64,000 nucleotides of DNA from the NCBI GenBank assembly GCA_942493215.1, contig OW818670.1:1099298-1163297 (forward strand), read 5' to 3'. Source of the DNA: an uncultured Bacillota bacterium. Lineage in GTDB: Bacteria > Bacillota_I > Bacilli_A > RF39 > UBA660. Positions 1 to 10,204 of this stretch are shown piece by piece. A program made the position numbers and the translations under genes. Each line of letters starts with the position of its first letter. The first letter of the stretch is position 1. Under the pieces are notes generated by a model that was given only the letters and a program-made list of their open reading frames with translations, was not told the DNA's origin and made no database searches.

Positions 1-45
1 TACCCAAATATAATGAACAAAGGAATAAAAATATTTTCATAAAAC

Positions 46-70
46 AAAAGACGGTCAACCCGTCTTTTAT
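46..70. terminator. GC-stem hairpin AAAAGACGG-tcaa-CCGTCTTTT flanked by A/T runs; candidate bidirectional intrinsic terminator
   Basis: Perfect 5-bp GC-rich inverted repeat (GACGG/CCGTC) with a T-run on one side and an A-run on the other. Confidence 0.5.
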
Positions 71-241
71 CATACACTATATAACGTAGCCTAAGAAGTT
101 TTTTCCTATCAAAATGGCATTATATTATAGCAGATTAATCTATGTATAAATTTAATTTGTAGTTATCAGTTAATAAACCAAAATCTTAATGTTAGATTTT
201 GGTTTTGTATTTAATAGAACAATTATGGAAGGAGATTACCT

Positions 242-361
242 ATGAGAAAAAGAAAGAAATATAAAATAAATTGTTATTACTCGAATGATGACAAAACATT
301 GCTAGATATACTCGCCGAATTATATCTAGAACATATTAACAAAAAATATAAACATAAATAA
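242..361 (+). CDS. small basic hypothetical protein (39 aa) just upstream of the serine recombinase; possible recombination accessory or directionality factor
   Basis: ATG at 242 preceded by GGAAGGAG RBS; ORF below the track's length cutoff; Lys/Arg-rich; no recognizable motif. Confidence 0.25.
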   Translation: MRKRKKYKINCYYSNDDKTLLDILAELYLEHINKKYKHK

Positions 362-438
362 ATGGATTGTTTTCGATATGTTATAATATAAATATTGAAA
401 GCAGTCTTGATTCATATGAAAGTTAGGAGGAAAAAATA

Positions 439-2022
439 ATGAATCAACTGTTTAAAAGTGCAAGTTATTTAAGGTTGTCAAAAGAAGATAATCTAAAAAT
501 TGATGAAAGTAGTTCAATTTCAAGTCAAAGGATAATTATTGAGTCCTTTGCGAAATTTAACAATTTAAATATAGTAGAGGAATATGTAGATGATGGTTAT
601 ACAGGTGGTAATTTTAATAGACCAGCGTTTCAAAGAATGATCGAGGATATTAAGAATGGTAAAATTAACTGTGTAATTACAAAAGATTTATCGAGATTAG
701 GTAGAGAAATGTATCAAACTGGTGGTTATATCGAGGATTACTTTATTGATAAAGGTGTTAGATATATTGCTATCAATGATTCTTATGACTCACAAGTCGG
801 AGATTCTATGCTCGGTATAAGACTAGGTGTTAACGATCTGTATCTTAGAGATATATCAAAGAAAGTTAAAAGCTCTATGAGAGCAAAACAACAATCTGGT
901 AAATATATCGGTTCTTATCCCTGTTATGGCTATAAAAAAGATCCAAGTGATAGACATCATCTTATTCCTGATACTAAAGTTGTACCAGTAGTTAGAATGA
1001 TATATGAGTTAGCGTTATCAGGTTATGGTATAAATACAATATGTAATAAACTCACAGAAATGAGAATCCCAATACCTATAGTTTATAAGGGTGAGTTAAG
1101 AGGTAAATTAGTTACTGATAATGACGGCTTAGGAATATGGAAACATTCTACTGTAAGAAATATTTTAACTAGCCAGATGTATATTGGTAATATGGTGCAG
1201 CATACATATGAAAAAACAAGTTATCGTTCCAAAAAAATAAGAAAAGTAAATGATGAAGAATTAATCATTGTAGGAAATACTCATGAACCAATAATAAGTA
1301 GAGAAGATTTTGATAAGGTACAAAATATACTAAAATCAAGAACAGGATTCACTAGATTACAAGACAAAAAGTATTTGTTTACTGGCTTATTAAAATGTAA
1401 AGAATGTGGGGCATCTTTGAGTATTTCTGAGAAGAGGACAAAAAGTAATAATTCTCATTATACGCAATGTAATTTGTATAAAAGAAAGGGCAAATATGGA
1501 AAGTGTACTCTGCATAGGATTAATTATAATTGGCTTGAAGAAGACTTGTTATCATTAACTAGAAGCATGTGTGAAAGATTCTTAAATGATTATGATTACG
1601 AGGGGATTACCGCTAAAGTAAAAAAGGTCAATGATGAGAAGTTGAATGAATTAACTAATGAATTGGAAAATATCAATATTGATTTGGTTAGAAACAATAA
1701 TTTTATTCAAAATCTTTATAAAGACAAATGCTCTGGGATGCTTCGTGATGAGGATTATGAAATGATGTATAAAAGCTTTTCAACAGAAATTAAGAACTTA
1801 AAATCAAGAAAAATAATTTGCGAAGAAAAAATAAGAAGTGTTGAACTTGAATTATCGAGCTTTGACTATGATGGATGTAGAGATGTGGCTCAAAAATTTA
1901 TGAGTATGAAGAATCCAACTAGAAATATTCTTAGCCAAATTATCCAAAAGGTTGAAATAAGTGAAAATAAAGAAGTTGATGTTTATTATAATTTTAAAGA
2001 ATTCTCATACATAAACCAATAA
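439..2022 (+). mobile_element. large serine recombinase (resolvase/invertase catalytic domain + recombinase domain + zinc-ribbon) marking the end of an integrated element
   Basis: N-terminus YLRLSKED with catalytic Ser, then DDGYTGGNFNRPAFQRM and LSRLGRE motifs typical of serine recombinases; C-terminal Cys cluster (CKECG...CNLYKRKGKYGKC) and coiled-coil tail typical of large serine integrases; RBS AGGAGG. Confidence 0.9.
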
Positions 2023-2192
2023 TTTGTGGTTCCACATTTTATAAGTTACCACAAAAAATCATCCACAATTTTTATGTCACTGGTGTAACATTACCTTTTC
2101 TTTCTTATGGCGGATCCAGTCTATTAATTACGATGGTTAGTATTGGAATAATTTTAAATATTAGCCGCTATCATAGTGAGAGATTGGGATAA
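1998..2192 (+). pseudogene. start-less 3' fragment of a SEDS-family gene (FtsW/RodA/SpoVE C-terminus) interrupted by the recombinase-bearing element
   Basis: Frame open from 1998 with no start codon; translates ...[42 protein letters not shown], the hallmark SEDS C-terminus (TG.PLPF.SYGGSS...GILLNISR); its 5' side would overlap the recombinase ORF, so it cannot be an intact gene. Confidence 0.6.
2023..2075. other. candidate attachment-site junction (imperfect dyad TTTGTGG...CCACAAA) between the recombinase gene and the SEDS gene remnant
   Basis: Inverted repeat TTTGTGG (2025-2031) / CCACAAA (2050-2056) immediately 3' of the recombinase stop; native-looking SEDS coding sequence resumes about 2067. 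Confidence 0.3.
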
Positions 2193-2357
2193 ACTATATA
2201 TTTTTAATAAATTGAGTTAAGTATTAACAGATAATCTAATTACCGTAATATTAAAAGATAAAACTGTTTGTTTTTATCAGTAAAAATTCAATTTCTATCA
2301 TTTTACTTTCAAGTATTGATTTTATATAATTGGTACTAGAAAGGGGCAAGCGATTAG

Positions 2358-3104
2358 ATGATAAACAGTGGATTGGAAAATTATAATGAAAGTACATTTG
2401 ATAGTATTAAACATATTGATGAATTTGGTAATGAATATTGGGAAGCAAGAGAGTTACAATTAGCATTAGAATATGTTCAATGGAGAAGATTTGAAGATGT
2501 CATCAATAAAGCCAAAATAGCATGTCTAAATAGTAACAACAATATTTTAAATCATTTTGCCGAAGTTGGCAAAACGATACCTATGCCTAAGGGAGCAATT
2601 AAGACCGTTCTTGATTATAAATTATCTAGATATGCCTGTTATTTAATAGTTCAAAATGCTGATCCAAGAAAAAAGGTGATTGCTCTCGGCCAAACTTATT
2701 TTGCAGTTCAAACGAGAAAAAAAGAATTAACAGAAAAAGAATATAATCAATTAAGTGAAGATGACAAAAGATTATACCGTCGAAAACAAATAAAAAATGG
2801 TAATTATCTTTTAAACAAAGCGGCTGTTTCAGCAGGTGTTAAAAACTTTGATAAATTTCATAATGCTGGTTATAAAGGATTATATAATGGTGAAACAGCT
2901 GATGATATTGCTAAAAGAAAAGGATTAAGATACAGAGAAGATATATTAGATAATATGGGGAGTAGTGAGTTAATAGCTAATTTATTTAGAATTGATCAGA
3001 CTGAACAAAAGTTACAAAATGATAATGTTAATAGTGAAAAATCAGCTAATGAAACGCATTATAAAGTTGGTAAAAAGGTTCGCCAAACTATAGAGGAATT
3101 ATAG
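2358..3104 (+). CDS. dinD: DNA-damage-inducible protein D (DinD)-like protein
   Basis: Matches remembered E. coli DinD: W.ARELQ..L.Y..WRNF, LSRYACYLIVQNADPRKKVIALGQTYFAVQTR (compare [30 protein letters not shown]); RBS GAAAGGGG. Confidence 0.65.
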   Translation: MINSGLENYNESTFDSIKHIDEFGNEYWEARELQLALEYVQWRRFEDVINKAKIACLNSNNNILNHFAEVGKTIPMPKGAIKTVLDYKLSRYACYLIVQNADPRKKVIALGQTYFAVQTRKKELTEKEYNQLSEDDKRLYRRKQIKNGNYLLNKAAVSAGVKNFDKFHNAGYKGLYNGETADDIAKRKGLRYREDILDNMGSSELIANLFRIDQTEQKLQNDNVNSEKSANETHYKVGKKVRQTIEEL

Positions 3105-3253
3105 GCGGCACTATGCCTGAAGATTTGCCGACTCCAAATAAAAGTTTAAAAGAATTAGAAAAAGATGACAAAAGAAAATTACCATCTGTTTAGGAAGTAT
3201 ATAAATAATGAATTATTTTTGATATAATGATAATAGAAAAGAGGAATAATTAT

Positions 3254-3655
3254 ATGAAAGAAACTTATGAATTCTTAAAAAAGTTAGGAGTAAATTTTGT
3301 TGCAACCATTGATAATGATAAACCAAGTAACAGGCCCTTTGGTGATCCTGTATTATTTGAAAATAGAATTTATGTTTTAACAAGTAAAGAAAAAAATGTC
3401 TATAAACAAATTATTAAAAACAATAATGTTTGTATTGCTGCTTATGATGATGAGGATTGGATTAGAATTAATGCTAAACTAATTGATGATAGTAATAATA
3501 TTGATGCTAAAAAAGCCATTATAAACGAATTTGAATGGGCTGAAGAGGCTGGGTATACACTTGATAATCCTAATTTTGCGGCTTTATATCTAGCAGAAGC
3601 TGAAGCGACAATTTATGATGCTGAAGGCAATATTATAAATACTTATAAATTTTAG
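3254..3655 (+). CDS. pyridoxamine 5'-phosphate oxidase-like (PPOX class) FMN-binding protein
   Basis: About 133 aa split-barrel-like; N-terminus LKKLGVNFVATIDNDKPSNRPFGDPVLFENRIYVLTSKEKNVYKQI typical of PNPOx-like / general stress protein 26 family; start refined to ATG 3254 after AGAGGA. Confidence 0.55.
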   Translation: MKETYEFLKKLGVNFVATIDNDKPSNRPFGDPVLFENRIYVLTSKEKNVYKQIIKNNNVCIAAYDDEDWIRINAKLIDDSNNIDAKKAIINEFEWAEEAGYTLDNPNFAALYLAEAEATIYDAEGNIINTYKF

Positions 3656-3701
3656 GCTTTCATATTAAATAAATAATTTCTAATAAAATATTAAGTTAAA
3701 A

Positions 3702-3727
3702 AAATAATGATCAAAAATCATTATTTC
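3702..3727. terminator. bidirectional hairpin AATAATGAT-caaaa-ATCATTATT between convergent genes
   Basis: Perfect 9-bp inverted repeat flanked by A/T runs, between the 3655 (+) and 3721 (-) gene ends. Confidence 0.5.
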
Positions 3728-5910
3728 TTTTTTTGAGTAGCATCGAATCTAGCGCCTATTGCGGTCGTTATTGGCAAAGCAGCATCAGCAACTGCACTAG
3801 TATTTCTTCGTACTGCATCCACATATTTAGCTATTTCAAGCAATTTAGCATTAATAGAGTGTTTAATTATTTTATAACCAATAGCTTCGGTGTTGATATT
3901 GGAACTGGTATTCATAAATTTTACTATTTTATCTAGCATTTCGCTTGGTAAATTGTCAACACAATATTTTATTAAACCAGGATTTTCTAACTTTGTGATA
4001 GCCAGATAAGCCTTTTCTGGTGATATAGTTGATAATGAATCAACAAATTTTCTAGTATTACTAGCAATTTCAAAAAGAGAAAAACCATTTATATTAGAGG
4101 GATTACCGGCAATTGCGTTAGCAGGGTTTAGAGTTGGTGTAGGTGCTGGAGCTGGGGCAGGAGCAGGGGTAGGTTGTGGTGTTGGTGTAGGTTCCAGCAC
4201 ATGTGTAGGTTGTGGTGTTGGCGTTGATGGCATAGTTGCAACATCATCACTTGATGGCAAAGGATTACCATTCTTAATAGGATTAGTTCTATCAAGGACA
4301 ATAGAAGGTTTTTCTAAAACACCATTAACACCATGAAACATTTTTCCACTAATTCCTTCTAGAATTCCGCCACCACTTAAAATATCCCAAACTGATAAAC
4401 CAGCTAAACCAAATGTAGTCGTCCAACATAGTGTATTTCCAATCTTCTTTAGCGTTTTTTTAAAGGCATTATTATTATTTTTATTATAATTGTCTAATGA
4501 CTTTATTAAATCTAATAGTTCAGCTTTATCTTCTCTGCTACTACTAGCAATAAATGCTTTTAGTTCTCCGATGGTACTTATTTTTCCAGTAACACTAATG
4601 CCTTTTTCTCTTAAAAAAGTATTAATTAAACCAAGTATTGCCAATTCCTCAACTGATTGTTTACGATTTGCCATATTCTGTTTAATTCTTTCGTATTCTT
4701 CTTCATCGCTGACAGCATATAATTTACTATCTTTCTCTGAAATATCTTTTTGATCTTTAGTATTGTCCAATTTTTTTCCAATATTTTTTATAGTACGAAC
4801 TGTATTAGCAACAAGCAAACCTGAAAATCCACCCACTGCTCCTATGGCACTTAAAGCACCAATATTTTCAATGGCATATGCATTTTCAAGGGCGGTACCA
4901 ATAACGGGTATATATTGACTCAATGTAGTACCTAATCCACCTACAACACCAGATATCCATCCTGCTACGGGACTATTTGCTAGTTTTCCAACAATTGTTC
5001 CAAGAAAAACTCCATTAATTGGGGCAGCTATTATACTTGGATCTATGGAGTTTACAGCCGTAGCTATCGTTTCACCTAAAACAGCACTACCAATAATTGG
5101 TTTTAAAGCTGACTTAAGTTTAGCACTAAAATTTCGATCATATTTACTAAGTCTTTCATTAACTTTTATTCTATTTCCAGTCATATTGTTAATTACATTA
5201 GCTAAAGCAATTCTTTCATAAAGATCCATATTATAAATACATTCTCTTAATGAAAGATATCCAGTATTTTCAAAATTTATATTATTTAGTTTAAGAAAAC
5301 TAATGATATTTTCTTGCATATCTTTATTAAATCTTGTATCAATGATTGTTCCGTCACTATTTTTTGTTGTTTCTAATTCTTGTAATATTCTATTACATTC
5401 ATAATTTTGATCAATTATTTGTTGTTGTTTATGTGTTTTTATTAACTTATAAGTTGAATGAGCTAAAATACCGGCGCCAATTACCAATTTTGATACTATA
5501 GTAGGAGCAAGGATCAACGCTGTTCGACTAGCAAGACCTATAGCTGCTCCTTTACCAATTGGCTTAATTAGACCTGTATATGTATTACTTAAGAACCTTC
5601 TGAATGCTGATGTTGAATTAGCTTTTAATTCATCAATAAGTTTTTGAAGTTCCATCGTTGATTTTGACATAATATTATTTACTTCATCTTTTGTTGCTGA
5701 ATCAAATTGATTAACAACTCTTTTCATAAACTCTTGTAAATTATTAATACGATCATCAAAAATAATATTATTTTCTTTTAGATAAGCTTTTAAAATGGTG
5801 AGTTTAGCGTCATCCATTCGGCTTATTAATCTAGAATATGTTTCTTCCTTGGCTTTCCTAATATTTTCTTTAAATAAAAAGTTGTTGTTTACCGCAATAA
5901 CTCCATCCAT
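3721..5910 (-). CDS. 729-aa multi-pass membrane protein of unknown function: no signal peptide, helical N-domain, glycine-zipper hydrophobic core, Pro/Thr-rich linker, about 150-aa C-terminal domain
   Basis: Long ORF; RBS GAAGAGG lies inside the upstream small ORF; repeated GxxxG/AxxxG segments (GWISGVVGGLGTTL, IGALSAIGAVGGFSGLLVA); linker PTPQPTHVLEPTPTPQPTPAPAPAPAPTPT; no N-terminal signal sequence; no family motif recognized. Confidence 0.8.
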   Translation of the reverse strand: MDGVIAVNNNFLFKENIRKAKEETYSRLISRMDDAKLTILKAYLKENNIIFDDRINNLQEFMKRVVNQFDSATKDEVNNIMSKSTMELQKLIDELKANSTSAFRRFLSNTYTGLIKPIGKGAAIGLASRTALILAPTIVSKLVIGAGILAHSTYKLIKTHKQQQIIDQNYECNRILQELETTKNSDGTIIDTRFNKDMQENIISFLKLNNINFENTGYLSLRECIYNMDLYERIALANVINNMTGNRIKVNERLSKYDRNFSAKLKSALKPIIGSAVLGETIATAVNSIDPSIIAAPINGVFLGTIVGKLANSPVAGWISGVVGGLGTTLSQYIPVIGTALENAYAIENIGALSAIGAVGGFSGLLVANTVRTIKNIGKKLDNTKDQKDISEKDSKLYAVSDEEEYERIKQNMANRKQSVEELAILGLINTFLREKGISVTGKISTIGELKAFIASSSREDKAELLDLIKSLDNYNKNNNNAFKKTLKKIGNTLCWTTTFGLAGLSVWDILSGGGILEGISGKMFHGVNGVLEKPSIVLDRTNPIKNGNPLPSSDDVATMPSTPTPQPTHVLEPTPTPQPTPAPAPAPAPTPTLNPANAIAGNPSNINGFSLFEIASNTRKFVDSLSTISPEKAYLAITKLENPGLIKYCVDNLPSEMLDKIVKFMNTSSNINTEAIGYKIIKHSINAKLLEIAKYVDAVRRNTSAVADAALPITTAIGARFDATQKKK

Positions 5911-5911
5911 A

Positions 5912-6079
5912 TTAGGCCTCTTCTATTACTTTTGGTGTTAAATTATCATAATCGTTTTCTAAATTGTTTAAAGAATCATAATATAAAGCTAATTCATAGA
6001 AATCTAATTTTTCCAATTCACTATTATCAAGAAATTTAATTTTGTTAAATTTTTCAAGCAGATTATCATTCTCTTTCAT
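5912..6079 (-). CDS. 55-aa acidic helical protein translationally coupled (1-nt gap) to the 729-aa membrane protein
   Basis: Reverse-strand ORF MKENDNLLEKFNKIKFLDNSELEKLDFYELALYYDSLNNLENDYDNLTPKVIEEA; RBS AGGTGA 6 nt upstream; stop TAA one nucleotide before the downstream ATG. Confidence 0.45.
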   Translation of the reverse strand: MKENDNLLEKFNKIKFLDNSELEKLDFYELALYYDSLNNLENDYDNLTPKVIEEA

Positions 6080-6097
6080 ATATAATCACCTATAACA

Positions 6098-6127
6098 ATT
6101 ATAGCAAGATAGTATTCTTTTTGTCAA
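6098..6127 (-). promoter_or_regulatory. consensus sigma-A-type promoter (TTGACA-18-TATAAT) for the small-ORF / 729-aa operon
   Basis: Reverse complement reads TTGACAaaaagaatactatcttgcTATAAT about 20 nt upstream of the small ORF RBS. Confidence 0.55.
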
Positions 6128-6202
6128 ATAATTGCGAAAAAAGGCGAATTGTGCTATGATTAATCTAGTAGTAATAAAATTATATACATAAGAGGTGGAC
6201 AA

Positions 6203-7477
6203 GTGAATAACACTATAGGGGAAAAAACCATTAATTTTATAAAAAATGTATATCAACGACCTAATATTATTGATAACCCAACTTGTTATATTTATGATTT
6301 AGATATAATTAAACAAAATGTTAAATTACTAGAAAAATATGCTCCTTCTCAAATAAGCTTATATTATGCTATGAAAGCTAATCCTCATAAAAGAGTGCTT
6401 TCATATATTCATGATTTAGATTTTGTTAAAGGTGTTGAAATAGCGTCTTCTGGCGAATTAGAAAAAGCTAAACCGTTTTTTACACCAAGTACTATTATTT
6501 TTACTGGTCCTGGTAAAACAGAAAAGGAATTAGAATCAGCTATAAAAAGTGGCATTAGGTTAATAAATGTTGAGTCAATTGTTGAAGCTATTAGAGTTAA
6601 TAATATAGCTGAAAAATTAGGTATTACTAAAGTAGATATATTAATAAGAATAAATACTAATTATTGTATTGAAGATGCTAGTGAATTAATGGGTGGCCAT
6701 TCAACAAAAATGGGAATTGATGAAGATAAGTATATTGATAGCTTTAAAATGATAAGTTCTTTACCAAGAATAAATATTCGCGGTGTCCATATTTTTGCTG
6801 CCAGTGGGGTTATAGAATATAAGAGTTTATTAAAAGCAAATAATTATATATTTCAATTAGTAGCGCAATTAGAAAAACTAACTAAAAAAATTGATATAAT
6901 TGATTTAGGGGGTGGATTAGGTATTGATTATACCAATAATAATCGCTTATTTAATGTCAAAGATTATTTTTATGAACTATCCTTATTAATTAATGAATAT
7001 GGCTTTAATAATAAAGAAATAATTATAGAATTAGGTACATATCTTGTTGGTAATGCAGGCCTTTATACTGCTAAAATAATCGATATTAAGGAAATAAAAG
7101 GACATAAACATATTATTATTGCTGGTGGTATTAATCATATGGGATTACCACTAGAGATGCGAAGAAAACATCCAGTTAATATTATTTCTATGAACGTTAA
7201 AAAATTATATAATGATCAACCTAGTGTAAATAATGAACTAGCTGATATTAGTGGGCCTCTATGTATGATTACTGATAAGCTGTCTTGGGATGATCAAATT
7301 ATAGAAGCAAATATAGGTGATATAGTTGTCTTTAGGCAAGCAGGGGCTTATTGCTATAGTGAAGGAATGTTGCAGTTTTTAAGTCATCCTTATCCTGAAG
7401 AATTATTTGTTCCTAATGAAGATGAATTAATTTTTATAGATATAATAAATGAAGGAGATGTTACATATGAGCGATGA
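6203..7477 (+). CDS. PLP-dependent decarboxylase, Orn/DAP/Arg decarboxylase (alanine-racemase-fold) family
   Basis: GTG start after AAGAGGTGG; N-terminal YAMKANPH region (PLP-Lys motif context) and GGGLGIDY glycine-rich loop characteristic of fold-III decarboxylases (DAP / carboxynorspermidine decarboxylase-like). Confidence 0.8.
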   Translation: MNNTIGEKTINFIKNVYQRPNIIDNPTCYIYDLDIIKQNVKLLEKYAPSQISLYYAMKANPHKRVLSYIHDLDFVKGVEIASSGELEKAKPFFTPSTIIFTGPGKTEKELESAIKSGIRLINVESIVEAIRVNNIAEKLGITKVDILIRINTNYCIEDASELMGGHSTKMGIDEDKYIDSFKMISSLPRINIRGVHIFAASGVIEYKSLLKANNYIFQLVAQLEKLTKKIDIIDLGGGLGIDYTNNNRLFNVKDYFYELSLLINEYGFNNKEIIIELGTYLVGNAGLYTAKIIDIKEIKGHKHIIIAGGINHMGLPLEMRRKHPVNIISMNVKKLYNDQPSVNNELADISGPLCMITDKLSWDDQIIEANIGDIVVFRQAGAYCYSEGMLQFLSHPYPEELFVPNEDELIFIDIINEGDVTYER

Positions 7478-8099
7478 CCAAACATTAACTATGCTTGACA
7501 TTTTTTTCACTTCAGCCAAAATAGATGATATTGCAGCTATGGTTGAAATAGAAAAGGAGTATTTTGCTTCATATGGTCGTGCCTATAATGAGGAGTTTAT
7601 GTTGAGATGGTATCGACACAATCCGGATATGTTTTATGTACTTAAAACGGCCTATGATGAAATATTAGCTTTTGCCATATTGACTCCTGTGACAGAAAAA
7701 CTATATGGGGATATAAGAAGCGGTAAAGTTGCCGATTTGTTTGATTTTCCAGAATCAGAAGTACCAAGAAATTTTGCGTCAGATTATTTCTTTATCGCGG
7801 ACGTTGTTACTAGTAGAGAAAAATGTAAGTCCCAAACAGAGGCAGTGAAATTGAGATTACAGTATGAAAATATAATTGTTTTATACAATAATGCTAAAAA
7901 GGTTCTTACATCTTCAGCGACAAAAGAAGGCCTTAAGGCAATGAAAGCAGCTGGTTTTGAGGAAGTAGCAAGCGAAGAGTTTGAGGGCCAAAAAAATTTT
8001 ATAAGCGAACTAATTATCACGGAGAAAATATATCAAGAATTAATGCAAAGGTTTGAAATTTTTTTAGGAATAACTAATCCACAAATCCGGAATATATAA
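7467..8099 (+). CDS. GNAT-like acyltransferase (tentative), overlapping the decarboxylase gene by 11 nt
   Basis: Start refined to ATG 7467 after AAGGAG; about 210 aa with an acetyltransferase-like layout but weak motif conservation. Confidence 0.35.
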   Translation: MSDDQTLTMLDIFFTSAKIDDIAAMVEIEKEYFASYGRAYNEEFMLRWYRHNPDMFYVLKTAYDEILAFAILTPVTEKLYGDIRSGKVADLFDFPESEVPRNFASDYFFIADVVTSREKCKSQTEAVKLRLQYENIIVLYNNAKKVLTSSATKEGLKAMKAAGFEEVASEEFEGQKNFISELIITEKIYQELMQRFEIFLGITNPQIRNI

Positions 8100-8115
8100 A
8101 AGTTTTTTTAAGGAG

Positions 8116-10020
8116 GTGTTATATATAAACTTAGGTCTTATTCTTACCATAATTAGTCTAGTATATATTGTTTTGGTTACGGTTGTTTATTTTAGTAAGC
8201 AGAGAATAGTAATATTAGAAAATAAGATATATGAATCTATTTTGATAGCAACAATTTTTGGACTTTTTGTAAATATAATTAGTTTTTATGTGGATATAAA
8301 TTTCTCGGAATATTTACTAGTAAGAACAATGATGGTAAAACTTTACTATTGTTATCTAATAATCTTTGTTTTTTTGTTAACTTTATATTTAATCTTTTGT
8401 TCAATGGATAGGTCAAAGACAGACCAAATTTTAAAAGAAAAGCCTAAAAATATAATTCATCCTATTATATTAACTCCAATAGTACTAATAATTATAAATT
8501 TCATTTTACCAGCTGAATATATTATGGATAATAATGAATTTTATTTGAGTGGACCAAATATAATATACATATATTCTACTGTTGCTTTAGCAATAGCTAT
8601 TTGGATAGTTCGCATTATTAAATATCATAAAGTGATGAAGAAAAGAAAATATATTCCTATTTTAGCTTTTATTTTAATAGGAATACCAGTTATTTATTTA
8701 CAATTTATATATCCGGAATTATTATTAGAGACATCGCTAATAACTTTTGTTATAGTATTTATGTATTTTACTATTGAAAATCCTGATGTAAAAATGCTTC
8801 ATGAGATGGAACTAGCTAAAGATCAGGCTGAAAAAGCTAATCGGGCTAAATCAGACTTTTTATCTAGTATGTCCCATGAAATAAGAACACCATTAAATGC
8901 GATTGTTGGTTTTAGTGAACTAAATGAGAATGTTCAAACTTTAGAAGAAGCTAAAGAAAACTCAAGGGATGTTGTGAAAGCATCACATACTTTATTAGAA
9001 ATAATCAATGGCGTATTGGATATATCAAGAATTGAATCAGGTAAAATGGAAATAACCAATGCCAATTATAATCCCATCGAAATGCTTAATAATGTTGTGA
9101 AAATAGTTAATTACCGGTTTGAGGAAAAGAAATTACAATTTAATGTTAGTATTGCTCCTGATCTTCCAATTCTATTATATGGAGATCGTCTTAATATTCA
9201 AAAGATAATCACTAATTTGCTTACTAATGCTGCTAAATATACCAATGTGGGACATGTTGATTTTGTGGTTAACTGTATTATTAAAAATGAGATATGCCGA
9301 TTATTTATATCAGTAGAAGATACCGGTAGAGGTATAAAGCCTGAAGATATTGATAAGTTGTTTACGAAGTTTAATCGTCTTGAAGAAGATCGTAATACAA
9401 CTACGGAAGGAACAGGTTTAGGTCTTGCTATAACTAAACATTTAGTTGAACTAATGGGTGGAGATATAACTATCCAAAGTGTTTATGGCGAAGGATCAAA
9501 ATTTACAGCTGCGATTAATCAAGGAATTAAGAAACCAGAGAGTAATACTATTGAAATGAATAATAAAGAAATTAATACAAATATATCTCCACCTATTGTT
9601 AATAAGGATATAGAAATATTAGAAATAGAAGAACCAAAACAAGAATGGAATTTAACTGATAAGCGGGTATTACTGATTGATGATAATAAAATGAATTTAA
9701 AAATCGCATCTAAATTTTTACTTAATTATAAATGCCAAATATCAGAAGCTACTAGTGGACAAGAATGTATTGATCTTATAAATAATGGTGAAAAATACGA
9801 TTTATTATTAGCTGATGATATGATGCCTAATATGAGTGGACTAGAAATGATGAAACAATTAAAACAAAATGGTTATACCGTACCAATCGTTGTTTTAACC
9901 GCTAATGCGATGGATGGCGAAAGGGAGAAATATCTAGCAGAGGGTTTTGATGATTATTTAGGTAAACCCATTATTAAACAAGAGTTAGATAGAGTATTTA
10001 AAAAGTTTTTTAAGAATTAA
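8116..10020 (+). CDS. hybrid sensor histidine kinase (multi-TM sensor + HisKA + HATPase_c + C-terminal receiver domain)
   Basis: About 220-aa polytopic N-terminus; H-box [16 protein letters not shown]; G-boxes [14 protein letters not shown]; receiver [10 protein letters not shown]...[15 protein letters not shown]...VLTANA. Confidence 0.85.
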   Translation: MLYINLGLILTIISLVYIVLVTVVYFSKQRIVILENKIYESILIATIFGLFVNIISFYVDINFSEYLLVRTMMVKLYYCYLIIFVFLLTLYLIFCSMDRSKTDQILKEKPKNIIHPIILTPIVLIIINFILPAEYIMDNNEFYLSGPNIIYIYSTVALAIAIWIVRIIKYHKVMKKRKYIPILAFILIGIPVIYLQFIYPELLLETSLITFVIVFMYFTIENPDVKMLHEMELAKDQAEKANRAKSDFLSSMSHEIRTPLNAIVGFSELNENVQTLEEAKENSRDVVKASHTLLEIINGVLDISRIESGKMEITNANYNPIEMLNNVVKIVNYRFEEKKLQFNVSIAPDLPILLYGDRLNIQKIITNLLTNAAKYTNVGHVDFVVNCIIKNEICRLFISVEDTGRGIKPEDIDKLFTKFNRLEEDRNTTTEGTGLGLAITKHLVELMGGDITIQSVYGEGSKFTAAINQGIKKPESNTIEMNNKEINTNISPPIVNKDIEILEIEEPKQEWNLTDKRVLLIDDNKMNLKIASKFLLNYKCQISEATSGQECIDLINNGEKYDLLLADDMMPNMSGLEMMKQLKQNGYTVPIVVLTANAMDGEREKYLAEGFDDYLGKPIIKQELDRVFKKFFKN

Positions 10021-10204
10021 TATTAAAGCGCTTTTAACAGACGTATTTATGGTAGTAAATGGTGTTTGATAAAAGCTTTTTATTTATAATATATAGATAA
10101 TCAAAGAAAGCAATATAATCATAGTAGGATAAAGAATATTGTATTATTTTGACAATTATGGAAAAATATGTATAATATTAGCCAAAAGGGGAGGTAAATT
10201 TTAT

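Noticed and set aside
3733-3936. 67-aa plus-strand ORF inside the 729-aa minus-strand gene (also 4490..4753)
   Set aside because: Antisense, low-complexity translation fully nested in a much longer, better-supported gene; no RBS.
7784-8020. 78-aa minus-strand ORF inside the GNAT-like gene
   Set aside because: Antisense overlap with a coupled plus-strand gene; no RBS.
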